DNA of 64,000 nucleotides from an uncultured virus (IMG/VR IMGVR_UViG_3300038428_000082) (taxonomy: Duplodnaviria > Heunggongvirae > Uroviricota > Caudoviricetes), in the IMG/VR virus record IMGVR_UViG_3300038428_000082; one strand, written 5' to 3'. Both the position numbers and the translations under genes were made by a program. Within the stretch, counting starts at the first letter, position 1; the number at the start of each line of letters is the position of its first letter. Below, one piece after another: positions 20,639 through 29,648 of this stretch. The notes beneath the pieces were generated by a model that did not search any database, was not told where the DNA came from, and saw only the letters and a list, made by a program, of their open reading frames with translations.

Positions 20639-21271
20639 ATGTTACTACGAGAAAATGCTATCCGAGTTGAAAGTATCTTAAAACAGGGGAATTCACATGG
20701 AATAAAGAAGCTTGTTAAAAGACTACGATATATATTCCCCTGTGTGTTAGGCTGTGGAAAAGAAATTTCAGTATATCCCCAAAAACTAAAAACCCACACA
20801 GGTAGGTGTCGTCTGTGCGCAGGCAGAAACCGTAAGGACCGAGTGTTCTGTCATTGTGGGCTTAGGGCAGTGGGCCGAGGACTGTGTCAACAGCATTACT
20901 ATGAGAAATACAAGGAAGAGCTATCGGCTATCGGCAAAAAGTGGCTTCGCAGTCTTAAGGGACGTTGGAGCAACTTGAAGAGAGCAATAAAGTGTAGTGG
21001 GGTTCCTTCAGACATAGACCTGCCCGCATATTCTAACCTCATTAAAAACCCTTGTTGGTATTGTGGTGGGTTGCTAAATGAATCTGGACACGGGTTAGAC
21101 AAGAAAATTCCTAAAAGCGGGTATACTCTACAAAACGTTGTACCTTGTTGTGTGATTTGCAATAGAATAAAAAACAAGTACCTTACCCACGAAGAAATGA
21201 AAGTAGCAATGAAGGCGGTGATAGAATACAGGAGTAAAATGAGTGTAAATAACTATTCGTTTCAAAATTAG
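20639..21271 (+). CDS. HNH-like endonuclease
   Basis: CWYCG..GLD..GY...NVVPCC..CN..K. Confidence 0.75.
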   Translation: MLLRENAIRVESILKQGNSHGIKKLVKRLRYIFPCVLGCGKEISVYPQKLKTHTGRCRLCAGRNRKDRVFCHCGLRAVGRGLCQQHYYEKYKEELSAIGKKWLRSLKGRWSNLKRAIKCSGVPSDIDLPAYSNLIKNPCWYCGGLLNESGHGLDKKIPKSGYTLQNVVPCCVICNRIKNKYLTHEEMKVAMKAVIEYRSKMSVNNYSFQN

Positions 21272-21279
21272 AGACGAAT

Positions 21280-23607
21280 ATGGGCCTAAGCTTTACAGCC
21301 AGCTTTCTCATCACATCCCGCCCTTCGGATGCCAAAATCGACCTCCTCACGAGGCAGATGCAGCTTTCCAAGGAACAGGTGGAAATGTGCATCGCCGCCG
21401 ACCCCAGCCCCAATCAAACGGATTTTGTGACTTGGCTTGCCCGGATGGTGAAGGGTGGTCTCATCCGTCTCCCCGAGGACGCCGAGGGTATCAAGGAGAA
21501 CCTCTCCCGTTTTCAGACGCAGAAGCGCCAGCCGGGCTTTGGCGGCAACAAGGACATCAACAGTTATAAGACCCCCGGAGACCTTGCCCGGACCCTCGAA
21601 GCGAATGCCATGACGGTCATTCGCTCCAAGAATTTTGACACCTTCAAGAACTTGCCGGGACAGCAAATCATCGTTCAAAAGGGTGACTTCGTTATCTTCA
21701 AGGTGACCAATCCCGAGGCGCTCCGCATTCTCTCCGACTCAACGGAATGGTGTACCCGCCATGGTGCCGCCAGCAGCTACCTCAGAACCGGACCCAGCTA
21801 TGTGATTTTCTACCGAGGACTTCCCTTCGCTCAGCTTCACCCCTCCAGCAATCAGTACAAGGACCGCAGGGATGAGTCTCTCATCGTGCAATATCATCAG
21901 CCGAGTACGAGCAAGCGTTACAAGGGTTGGGGGCACTACGAGGACGTTCCGGGACCCCTCATTGGTACCGCCATCACCCATCCGGTAGCTCGGGAAGCAG
22001 CGGACTACATCGCTGCTGTGGACCCGCAGGTGGATGCGTGGATGAAGAAGCAGAGCCTTAGTGACCCAGTGATACTGGGTCAACAGCTTCTCACCAGTAA
22101 TGACCACTGGATAGATGGTCATATACTGACCGGCACCCCGCTCACCCCAGAGGAGATGGAGTATCTTAAAATCCAGTGGCCTTCGGTGGGAATCCCCAAG
22201 CTTAAGAGGTATGCAGACAAGTTCTATCCGAGGCAGCGGTGGGAGTTGTTCGAGTATGTTCTGCTTAAGAACCTTGGCAAGTACATTGGAACGGCTGTAG
22301 AATATGTCAATGACCATATCCGTGGTCGCTGGCCTGCCATTGAACCCACCCTCCTGCGCCGGGCGGCGATAGACAACGACAACGCCACACGGGCACTGAA
22401 TTATGCTGCCACGGTCATCAAAGGACGTTGGACAGCGTTGGAGCACAAGTTCTGGACTACCGCTGGCAATGAGACCATGGGTAAACTGGCTGTTCAGTAT
22501 GCCTTGAAGATTATCAAAAAGCCGTGGCGGGAAATATCCACGCAACGGTCTTTCGAGTTCGGCGGTATGCCCCGGCCTGAAATGCTCATGTGCAAGTATG
22601 CTCCCAAGGAAGCCATGGAGTATGCCAAGGCGTTTCACATTGAATCGTGGGACGAGTTGGGAGAAATTCTGCTTGCTGACCACAACTATACCACCTACTT
22701 TGACTATTTGAATAACATGAAAGGGGGAGCGAGAGACCCCCGGTTGGAAGCCATGCTCACCCAACCCAAGTTAGTTTTCTACAATGTTCAAGAGCCTATG
22801 GATAAGCGGGACCGGAGGCAGTGGATGCGTGATAATCCCGGAAATCCTGTGGTCCCCGCCACGAAATCGACCACGAAATATGTCAATAAAGATGCCGTGA
22901 GGGCCGACTACGCTGAGCAGATTATCAAGGGTCGCTGGCCTGAGTTGGAGGAGCGATACCTCAACGAGATGAGGGATAAAAAGAATGAACTCATCCCGGA
23001 TGATTTTGAGCGTCTGGAGCGTAACTCATACCACGATGACAAGTTCCCCGGTGCCATGGGGGGATATATCAAAGATGTCATCAAGGGCCGCTGGCCTGAG
23101 TTGGAGGCGGTTCTTCTTCAAAGATACAAGGATTATCCCGACATGTGGCAGAGCAACCAAGCTTTGGTTGCCGGGTATCTCAATCTGCTTAAGCCCGAAA
23201 AGCACACCTATGAGGTTCCCAACTGGAATAAGCCCATGGAGCCGGTTGTGGGGGTATGGCCGGATGGTGAAGACATCCTGAAACAGCGTAGCCAACCTTA
23301 TGAGGATAAGCTGGAACGGATTGCCGAGGCTGAGTATCGACAGGAGACCACTTACCCCGAACCTGACCGGGATGACCCCTTGTGGTATCCGGCGCACGAG
23401 ATTGCCGAGTATGTACGCTGGCTTCGTCAAAATGGTGAGGACTGGCCCGAAGGCGTTATCCTGTTGAATAAATTGGAAGATTTCCGTGATGCCAAGCGCC
23501 GGGAGGCGAAGGCACAAGGGAAGTACTACACCTCCCTGACCAATCGAGTGGCCTCCAACGACTTGCTCAACCCCAAGAGAATCCTACCGCTTGAAAAAAA
23601 TCCCTAA
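21280..23607 (+). CDS. large protein with a WCT motif and IKGRWPELE helical repeats
   Basis: 775 aa; TEWCTR; at least four Y..xIxGRWxxxE repeats. Confidence 0.7.
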   Translation: MGLSFTASFLITSRPSDAKIDLLTRQMQLSKEQVEMCIAADPSPNQTDFVTWLARMVKGGLIRLPEDAEGIKENLSRFQTQKRQPGFGGNKDINSYKTPGDLARTLEANAMTVIRSKNFDTFKNLPGQQIIVQKGDFVIFKVTNPEALRILSDSTEWCTRHGAASSYLRTGPSYVIFYRGLPFAQLHPSSNQYKDRRDESLIVQYHQPSTSKRYKGWGHYEDVPGPLIGTAITHPVAREAADYIAAVDPQVDAWMKKQSLSDPVILGQQLLTSNDHWIDGHILTGTPLTPEEMEYLKIQWPSVGIPKLKRYADKFYPRQRWELFEYVLLKNLGKYIGTAVEYVNDHIRGRWPAIEPTLLRRAAIDNDNATRALNYAATVIKGRWTALEHKFWTTAGNETMGKLAVQYALKIIKKPWREISTQRSFEFGGMPRPEMLMCKYAPKEAMEYAKAFHIESWDELGEILLADHNYTTYFDYLNNMKGGARDPRLEAMLTQPKLVFYNVQEPMDKRDRRQWMRDNPGNPVVPATKSTTKYVNKDAVRADYAEQIIKGRWPELEERYLNEMRDKKNELIPDDFERLERNSYHDDKFPGAMGGYIKDVIKGRWPELEAVLLQRYKDYPDMWQSNQALVAGYLNLLKPEKHTYEVPNWNKPMEPVVGVWPDGEDILKQRSQPYEDKLERIAEAEYRQETTYPEPDRDDPLWYPAHEIAEYVRWLRQNGEDWPEGVILLNKLEDFRDAKRREAKAQGKYYTSLTNRVASNDLLNPKRILPLEKNP

Positions 23608-23646
23608 ATTCCTCTCTTCTCGTGGTATACTATAATTGAGGAGAAC

Positions 23647-24126
23647 ATGTCTATGGCTTTTACCAAAGCGCAGGCTGTATCGCCTATCACATTGGAAGAC
23701 CTAAAGCTGGAACCTTCCAGCAAACCCCTCGCCCTAATTTTTTCAGGAAAGTTCAACTACAAGGGCTACGGCAGACAAATCGCTGCCTGTCATCTGGACG
23801 CCTATGTAGGCCCCGACCGCAAAGTCTTTATCGCCACGGAGATTGACACCAACCCCGGTTGTTCCATCACCAATGGAATTGAAATGGTCGCTGATGCCGT
23901 CGAAGAGCAGTTTAGCCTTGGGCACGTATTCGGCCCCACGTCCGACCGCACCAACATCCTTGTGGAACACTATGATAACCGGAGCTATTCCAGCCATCCC
24001 GACCGGGATGACTACTCCATCATGGAATTCAAAGGCGAAAAAGGCAGTTACAAGTACTACAGCGACCCCGGCTGGTGGGGCGTTGAGAAATCCGAAATTG
24101 AGCGCCTGATTGGAGGGCGATTATAA
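23647..24126 (+). CDS. hypothetical protein
   Basis: GTGGTATACT at 23622 and GAGGAG RBS. Confidence 0.65.
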   Translation: MSMAFTKAQAVSPITLEDLKLEPSSKPLALIFSGKFNYKGYGRQIAACHLDAYVGPDRKVFIATEIDTNPGCSITNGIEMVADAVEEQFSLGHVFGPTSDRTNILVEHYDNRSYSSHPDRDDYSIMEFKGEKGSYKYYSDPGWWGVEKSEIERLIGGRL

Positions 24127-24202
24127 ATTTATAAAAAGTTCCACCCATCTAAGGGGTAGCTAGTCCAATTTCCAACTATGTATATCCTTTATAGGAGGTT
24201 AT

Positions 24203-24910
24203 ATGAAAAGAGTTGGAGATTTGACAAACAGGAGGTTGGGGCATTTAGTTGCATTAAGAAGAGATGAATTTATACCCCGAAAGTGGGTATGCAAATGTGA
24301 TTGCGGCAAAGAATGCTGCGTTGAGGGAAGAAAGCTAAACTCCGGGGTCAGGAGTAGCTGTGGTTGTAGGGGGTTTGAAAACATTGTCGGTAAACGATTC
24401 GGATACCTTACCGTCCTTGGATTAAAGGAGATACACAATCAAAAAACTTTCTTTGAATGTCTTTGTGATTGTGGAAAAATAACCGTTGTCGGTAGATGCA
24501 AGTTGTTGGACAGTCACACAAGGAGTTGCGGGTGCTTGTACACGCAAACCCGAGAGAGCGAGCGTAAAGCCTTTGGTGCATCCGCTGCCAGAAAAACTGT
24601 AAGACAGTATGAACGTAACGCCGTGGCGAGAAACCTTGTTTTTGGTCTTACTAATGAGGAAGCGATTGATATCCTTAAAAAAGACTGTTGGTACTGTGGG
24701 TCTCCACCACAGCGGGAAGTGCGGCTCGCAACGGGATACGGATACTTTATGTGCAATGGAATCGACCGCTTAAACAACGACCTCGGATATTTAAAAGATA
24801 ATATCGTTCCCGCTTGTAAGAAATGTAATGAGAGGAAGAAAGCGGATTCCGTTGATGAGTTTCTGCATTGGGTGGAGCGCATAGCGAAATACAGATTGGG
24901 GTTAAAATAA
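24203..24910 (+). CDS. HNH-like endonuclease with Cys-rich repeats
   Basis: 2x CxCDCG..SCGC; CWYCG..GIDR..GY..NIVPAC..CN. Confidence 0.8.
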   Translation: MKRVGDLTNRRLGHLVALRRDEFIPRKWVCKCDCGKECCVEGRKLNSGVRSSCGCRGFENIVGKRFGYLTVLGLKEIHNQKTFFECLCDCGKITVVGRCKLLDSHTRSCGCLYTQTRESERKAFGASAARKTVRQYERNAVARNLVFGLTNEEAIDILKKDCWYCGSPPQREVRLATGYGYFMCNGIDRLNNDLGYLKDNIVPACKKCNERKKADSVDEFLHWVERIAKYRLGLK

Positions 24911-25389
24911 TGAATATCCTATACTATCCCACAGAGATTTTACTCCAAAGGTCTGAGACGGTTACGGAATTTGGCGAATTTTTAGTAAAACTGTGCAATG
25001 AAATGATAGAAATAATGTTATCTTACAACGGTTTGGGTTTAGCTGCTCCCCAAGTGGGTGTTAGTCGAAGAGTCTTTATCATGAAACTTGCGGACGGTAA
25101 AAAAATAATTGCTGTCAACCCAAAAATTACGCCTAAAGGTGAGTATAAGATTATTGAGGAGGGTTGCTTGTCCTTCCCAAATTTTTACGGACCTGTTTCT
25201 CGACGGGATGAATGTACAATTATCTATCAAGAGCCAATGAGCGGGAAAGAAACGACTTTGGAACTCACGGGTTTAGACGCTCATTGCGCTCAACACGAAG
25301 AGGACCACATCAACGGAATTCTTTTTATTCAGAGGATGCCGAAGCATTATCGCAAAAAGCTTTTGAAGGAATGGAGCAAAAAGCATTAA
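24910..25389 (+). CDS. def: peptide deformylase
   Basis: GLGLAAPQVG, EGCLS and QHEEDH motifs. Confidence 0.92.
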   Translation: MNILYYPTEILLQRSETVTEFGEFLVKLCNEMIEIMLSYNGLGLAAPQVGVSRRVFIMKLADGKKIIAVNPKITPKGEYKIIEEGCLSFPNFYGPVSRRDECTIIYQEPMSGKETTLELTGLDAHCAQHEEDHINGILFIQRMPKHYRKKLLKEWSKKH

Positions 25390-25460
25390 GTTGCCCGGCC
25401 CCTGCCGGTTTGTAGGACTCGCATCGCCACGGGTCTGACGTTACGGTGGGGAAACAGGGA

Positions 25461-25525
25461 CGGCTCTTTTAGGAAAGCCAGAAGCCTCATAACCTTCCGG
25501 CATCCGTTCGACTCGGATGGAGCCG
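25461..25525 (+). ncRNA. tRNA-Met(CAT)-like element with almost no D arm and no CCA
   Basis: Acceptor CGGCTCT/GGAGCCG; loop CTCATAA; T arm ATCCG-TTCGACT-CGGAT. Confidence 0.5.
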
Positions 25526-25548
25526 CCGACCATGGGCGCAGAGTTTTC

Positions 25549-25740
25549 GGCGGGTAGCTCAGTTGGAGTTCTTAGACTGGAGGGCGATAGGCCATCGTTG
25601 CCAGTCTGAGACTTATTCGAGGCCGGGGAGGCTAGTGACCATAGCCTTTTCGGAATCGGGTAGAGAGCACCCTCATTCACATGAGGGCGGAGTGAGATTT
25701 CCAATCTCCGTATCAAAGGGCTGGTAACCCTAAGCCCGCC
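25549..25740 (+). ncRNA. expanded tRNA-like RNA with hairpins inserted in the D loop
   Basis: GGCGGGT-A-GCTC-AGTTGG..GAGC-A-CCCTC..GAGGG..GCCCGCC; inserted helices TTAGACTGG/CCAGTCTGA and AGGCTA/TAGCCT. Confidence 0.5.
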
Positions 25741-25759
25741 CAAATTTCAAGGAGGCTGT

Positions 25760-26047
25760 ATGGCATCGAAGCGTAATCCCCATCTATCAAGGTTGAGCAC
25801 CGAGGAGTTGGAAGCCGAACTTGAAGCTCGGGAAGCGGAGGGAAATGCGCCTCCCCCGCTGCTTGAGAAACCCGACTGGAACAATCTGAAAGCTTTCGTG
25901 GTGAGCCAGATTGAGGAAATCTCCAAGCCAGACGGCTATGCCAAGGACTTCGAGCACTATGTGTTCGAGCAAGTCATGAGTACCCTTTATGGCAAGGGAT
26001 TTTGGGCTTGGTACAATGAAGGACCCTGCGAGCGTGCCGGTGGTTAA
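25760..26047 (+). CDS. hypothetical protein
   Basis: AGGAGG RBS. Confidence 0.6.
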   Translation: MASKRNPHLSRLSTEELEAELEAREAEGNAPPPLLEKPDWNNLKAFVVSQIEEISKPDGYAKDFEHYVFEQVMSTLYGKGFWAWYNEGPCERAGG

Positions 26048-26055
26048 GGACAACC

Positions 26056-26478
26056 ATGACCCCGTTTGGAAAGGTGTTCCAAATCCGTTGGAAGGAGGCA
26101 CTCGGCAGACCCGAGTGCCCCTACCTTTATCGGTGGACGCTTATCATCTTCGGGTTCTCCATCCGGCTCCATCACTGGCTCCGGTCAGATGACCGGCGTT
26201 TTTTCCACGACCATGCCAGCAATTTCGTATCTATTATTCTCAAAGGTCATTACAAGAATGTGACCCCGGATGGGACCTTCGAGGTTAAGGCCGGGTCTAT
26301 CTGGAAATCGGACGCCTTGCGCCGTCACTACTTGGACATTCCCAAAGGCGGGGCTTGGACTTTGCTCTTCTGTGGTCGGCCCTACCATAAGTGGGGATTC
26401 TACGTGAAGGGGCACAAGTGGCGTCCTTTACGCTATTTCAGCAAGTTTGGAATCATTCAAGACGAGAATTACCAGTAG
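26056..26478 (+). CDS. cupin-like hypothetical protein
   Basis: LHH..FHDH..GHY..RH pattern. Confidence 0.5.
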   Translation: MTPFGKVFQIRWKEALGRPECPYLYRWTLIIFGFSIRLHHWLRSDDRRFFHDHASNFVSIILKGHYKNVTPDGTFEVKAGSIWKSDALRRHYLDIPKGGAWTLLFCGRPYHKWGFYVKGHKWRPLRYFSKFGIIQDENYQ

Positions 26479-26485
26479 GAGACGT

Positions 26486-26773
26486 ATGGGAAAGAAAATT
26501 CAGATGTTAAGCCCGGTGGTCTGCTTGCATTGCGGAGCGGTCTACGACCTGTGTGCCACGGAACCAATCGCCCGCCACGCCGACTGTGACGTATTCAAAA
26601 CACCATGCTGCCATCGGACCGCCGACACCCACAAGTGGAAGGGTCTGCCAGATTACCAGGACCTGCGGCAGGATGATTTCATGCCCATGGATATCATGGG
26701 GAACATGCGTCATATGCGCATCATCGACCCGGAGGAAACTCGGGCGGCTATCAGGGCCAAGGAGGTTGTATGA
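26486..26773 (+). CDS. hypothetical protein
   Basis: AGGAG RBS; CxxC motif. Confidence 0.55.
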   Translation: MGKKIQMLSPVVCLHCGAVYDLCATEPIARHADCDVFKTPCCHRTADTHKWKGLPDYQDLRQDDFMPMDIMGNMRHMRIIDPEETRAAIRAKEVV

Positions 26774-27042
26774 GCACTGGAACACTGACTTGCACCGTGG
26801 GATGTAACAGCGTCCAAATCAACAAACGGGGCGATGACTGCTTTGGAGCGCCCAACACCATTTACGCCCGAGTCATCAGCCGGGACGGCAACAATGTCTA
26901 CCTTGAAGAGGCGGATGTTGCTAAGATTCTTGAACTTATGGGGGTTTTGAAGGACGTTATCTCCCATGGCCTGACCAGCACCCCCAAGGACAAAAAGGCG
27001 TGGGCAAAGAAACGCAGCACATTTTCCTCCACTGCCGCCTGA
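26770..27042 (+). CDS. hypothetical protein
   Basis: ATGA overlap with the upstream gene; GGAGG RBS. Confidence 0.55.
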   Translation: MSTGTLTCTVGCNSVQINKRGDDCFGAPNTIYARVISRDGNNVYLEEADVAKILELMGVLKDVISHGLTSTPKDKKAWAKKRSTFSSTAA

Positions 27043-27072
27043 CTTCGTGGTATACTGTTACTGAGGAGACCT

Positions 27073-28161
27073 ATGGAACTCGAAAAGACATCGCACAGTG
27101 AACAGTACATGGATTACTCCGGGGGTAAGGAAAATGCCCCCACGCTGACCGTTATGGTCGGCCCGGCTGGCTCAGGAAAGTCCACCCATGCCCGCAGTCT
27201 TGTCAACTGGGCAGCGGGAGCGACCGTCCGGGTAAACCGGGACACCATCCGTGCCATGCTCTACTGTGATTCCCCGTGGAACCACTCGAAGGAAGATGTG
27301 GTCCGCAAGTATGAGGAAGAGGGCATCCGTATGTTCCTCGCCATGGGACTCAACGTCATCGTGGATGACACCAACTGCGTGTCCCGCACCCGGCAAAAGC
27401 TGGAAGAGATTGCCCGTGGCGCTCGGGTAAAGTTCTGCCTGCATGTCATGAACGTGGACAAGGAAGAGTGTAAGCGGCGGAACGCCCTACGCACCGGCAA
27501 AGAATGCGTGCCCGAGGAAGCCATCGACCAACAGTTCAAGCGGCTGCGGGAAACAACCGTCCGCCCGGCTGGCTACGGTCTGGATGAAACCAACCGGGCG
27601 GTAGACGACTGGAACGAGCTTAACGCCGTCATCGCCGGGGGCAGGGACTTTCACGAGCGCCTGCCGGGCGCACCGTGGGTGTTCTGCGACGTGGACGGCA
27701 GCCTTGCCGAGAACGAGGGCGAGCGGAACCAGTTCGACGAGACGAAGGTCCTGCTGGACTCCTGCCGGGAGGGCGTGGCGAAGTGGGTCCGGGGACTGTA
27801 CAGCACCCACAATATCGGAATTCTCAGTGGAAGACACGACTCCTGCTCGACAGACACTTGTTCTTGGCTGAGTTGTTATCGGGTGCCATTCGACCTCCTC
27901 TTGATGCGCCCGGCTACCAACTTTGACCACGATTATATCGTCAAGCGACGGATTATGGAGACGATACTCCGGGTCATTCCGAAGGAACGAATAGCTTTTT
28001 TGATTGATGACAGATGGCAAGTAATCCGTATGTGGAAGGACATGGGGTTCAAGGTTTACCCTGTGGGCGGAACCACGGACCACTCTGCTACTTGCCAGTT
28101 CAAGCCGGAAAAGAAAGGTTGGAGGCATTGCCCCCGATGCGGAGCCTACGAAGATTTTTGA
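27073..28161 (+). CDS. pseT: polynucleotide 5'-kinase/3'-phosphatase (T4 Pnkp-like)
   Basis: GPAGSGKS P-loop, RVNRD and VDDTN kinase motifs; C-terminal HAD DVDG and IDDR. Confidence 0.85.
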   Translation: MELEKTSHSEQYMDYSGGKENAPTLTVMVGPAGSGKSTHARSLVNWAAGATVRVNRDTIRAMLYCDSPWNHSKEDVVRKYEEEGIRMFLAMGLNVIVDDTNCVSRTRQKLEEIARGARVKFCLHVMNVDKEECKRRNALRTGKECVPEEAIDQQFKRLRETTVRPAGYGLDETNRAVDDWNELNAVIAGGRDFHERLPGAPWVFCDVDGSLAENEGERNQFDETKVLLDSCREGVAKWVRGLYSTHNIGILSGRHDSCSTDTCSWLSCYRVPFDLLLMRPATNFDHDYIVKRRIMETILRVIPKERIAFLIDDRWQVIRMWKDMGFKVYPVGGTTDHSATCQFKPEKKGWRHCPRCGAYEDF

Positions 28162-28218
28162 CGACTGAACTATTGGATGCCTATATTGGGGGGTGCTCCA
28201 ATAGAGCATTCATAGACT

Positions 28219-28992
28219 ATGTGGAAACTGAACTGCCCACGCTGTGGGAAGGAAAGGGAATACAAGCGGTATAGCTCCTATTGGCAAGCGATTAAAGACG
28301 GCTCAATATGCCAAACTTGTTCAGGAATCAAGAGCCGTGCTTTGACGCCAGAACAAGAAGAACAAGCAGTAAGCCTCAACAAAGACGGGGTGTCTAATCG
28401 TAAGATTGCTCTGCAATTTGGCGTATCGAGAAACACGGTCAGAGAAACACTGAGTAAGCACGGACTAAGGTCAAGCTCCCGTATCAGGCATAGGCTGGAT
28501 ATCATAGATGCCGAACGGGCGAGATGTTGGAAGTGTAAAGAAGTGAAGCCTGTCGGTGATTTCAAGTTGGTTGCTCGACCGGGAAATGACCCATACAGGG
28601 AGTCGGTGTGCCGTGGATGCCGAGAAAAAGAAAGCACTCTCAGAATGGCCTCTGATTTTCGTAAATACCTGAAAGCAAGATGGGGCAGGCTTAGAAAAAG
28701 TTCTGAGAAAAACAAGGTGCTTTTCAGCATCAACCCAGAGGACCTATATCGACAGTATGAAGAACAGGATGGTAGGTGTTTCTATACCGACTATCCACTC
28801 AGTTTGGAGCCTAATGCAGCTTTAACCCTTTCGGTTGACAGGGTAGTCCCGGAAGGGGGGTATGTCAAAGGAAATGTCGTGCTCTGTGGTAAACGGGTGA
28901 ACACCATAAAAAATGATGTAACCTTGGAGGAAATGATGACTTGGATGCCCGATTGGTATGCTCGGGCGGAAAAGTTCAAGAGGGTCTTATGA
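28219..28992 (+). CDS. HTH plus HNH-like endonuclease
   Basis: SNRKIALQFGVSRNTV; QDGRCFYT..SVDRVVPEGGYVKGNVVLC. Confidence 0.75.
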   Translation: MWKLNCPRCGKEREYKRYSSYWQAIKDGSICQTCSGIKSRALTPEQEEQAVSLNKDGVSNRKIALQFGVSRNTVRETLSKHGLRSSSRIRHRLDIIDAERARCWKCKEVKPVGDFKLVARPGNDPYRESVCRGCREKESTLRMASDFRKYLKARWGRLRKSSEKNKVLFSINPEDLYRQYEEQDGRCFYTDYPLSLEPNAALTLSVDRVVPEGGYVKGNVVLCGKRVNTIKNDVTLEEMMTWMPDWYARAEKFKRVL

Positions 28993-29648
28993 GCATCTGT
29001 GGCAAGCCAATGCCGAAAGCGAGGAATGGAGCCGACCGGGGAATCTGCACTAGACCACATAATCATGGTCCCAAAGGTGGTTGTCACGGCAACGGCACTT
29101 GTTTCGGATGCGGTATTAAACTGACATCTTTAACATCTAGTTTTTCTGTTGCTAACCGTGGACAAGGAGAGTGTAAAGTTTGTAAAAAAGAACGGTGCAG
29201 GAAGGACCGTGGTAGCCAACCACTTAATGTCCAGAATCCCGGAGAATTTCACGCTTTTCCGTGTGGGTGCAGTGGAGTTCTCCCTGTAGAAGGTTCAAAC
29301 AAGTTTTCTATGGCAGGAACTCATCGAGGGAAAAGACAATATGTTTGTCGTGTGTCTTTCATTATCAAGGGTTCTAATGACAGAGCAAAAAAGGGGAGAT
29401 ACCAACCCATTTTTCAAGATACCCCTCATACGGTAATTCGTAAATTGATGGAGGAGCCTAACTGCGAATGTTGTGGAGAAACACTGTCATGGAAAGTGTT
29501 AGCACGTGGAAAAACTCCCCACCTTCATCATGACCATAAAACAGGCGAAATCTATGGATTCGCCCACCCAAAATGTAACCCTTTAGCAATGGAGAAAGAA
29601 ATAGAACGACTGAAAGCCTTGCTTAAAGCACAAGAGATGGATTTATGA
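28989..29648 (+). CDS. endonuclease VII-like protein
   Basis: CECC..HLHHDHKTGEIYGFAHPKCN. Confidence 0.65.
   Translation: MSICGKPMPKARNGADRGICTRPHNHGPKGGCHGNGTCFGCGIKLTSLTSSFSVANRGQGECKVCKKERCRKDRGSQPLNVQNPGEFHAFPCGCSGVLPVEGSNKFSMAGTHRGKRQYVCRVSFIIKGSNDRAKKGRYQPIFQDTPHTVIRKLMEEPNCECCGETLSWKVLARGKTPHLHHDHKTGEIYGFAHPKCNPLAMEKEIERLKALLKAQEMDL

Noticed and set aside
25670..25687. Opal suppressor or Sec tRNA (TCA in the loop)
   Set aside because: The loop is not a 7-nt anticodon loop (the stem can extend to CCCTCAT/ATGAGGG), and there is no canonical T arm or CCA.
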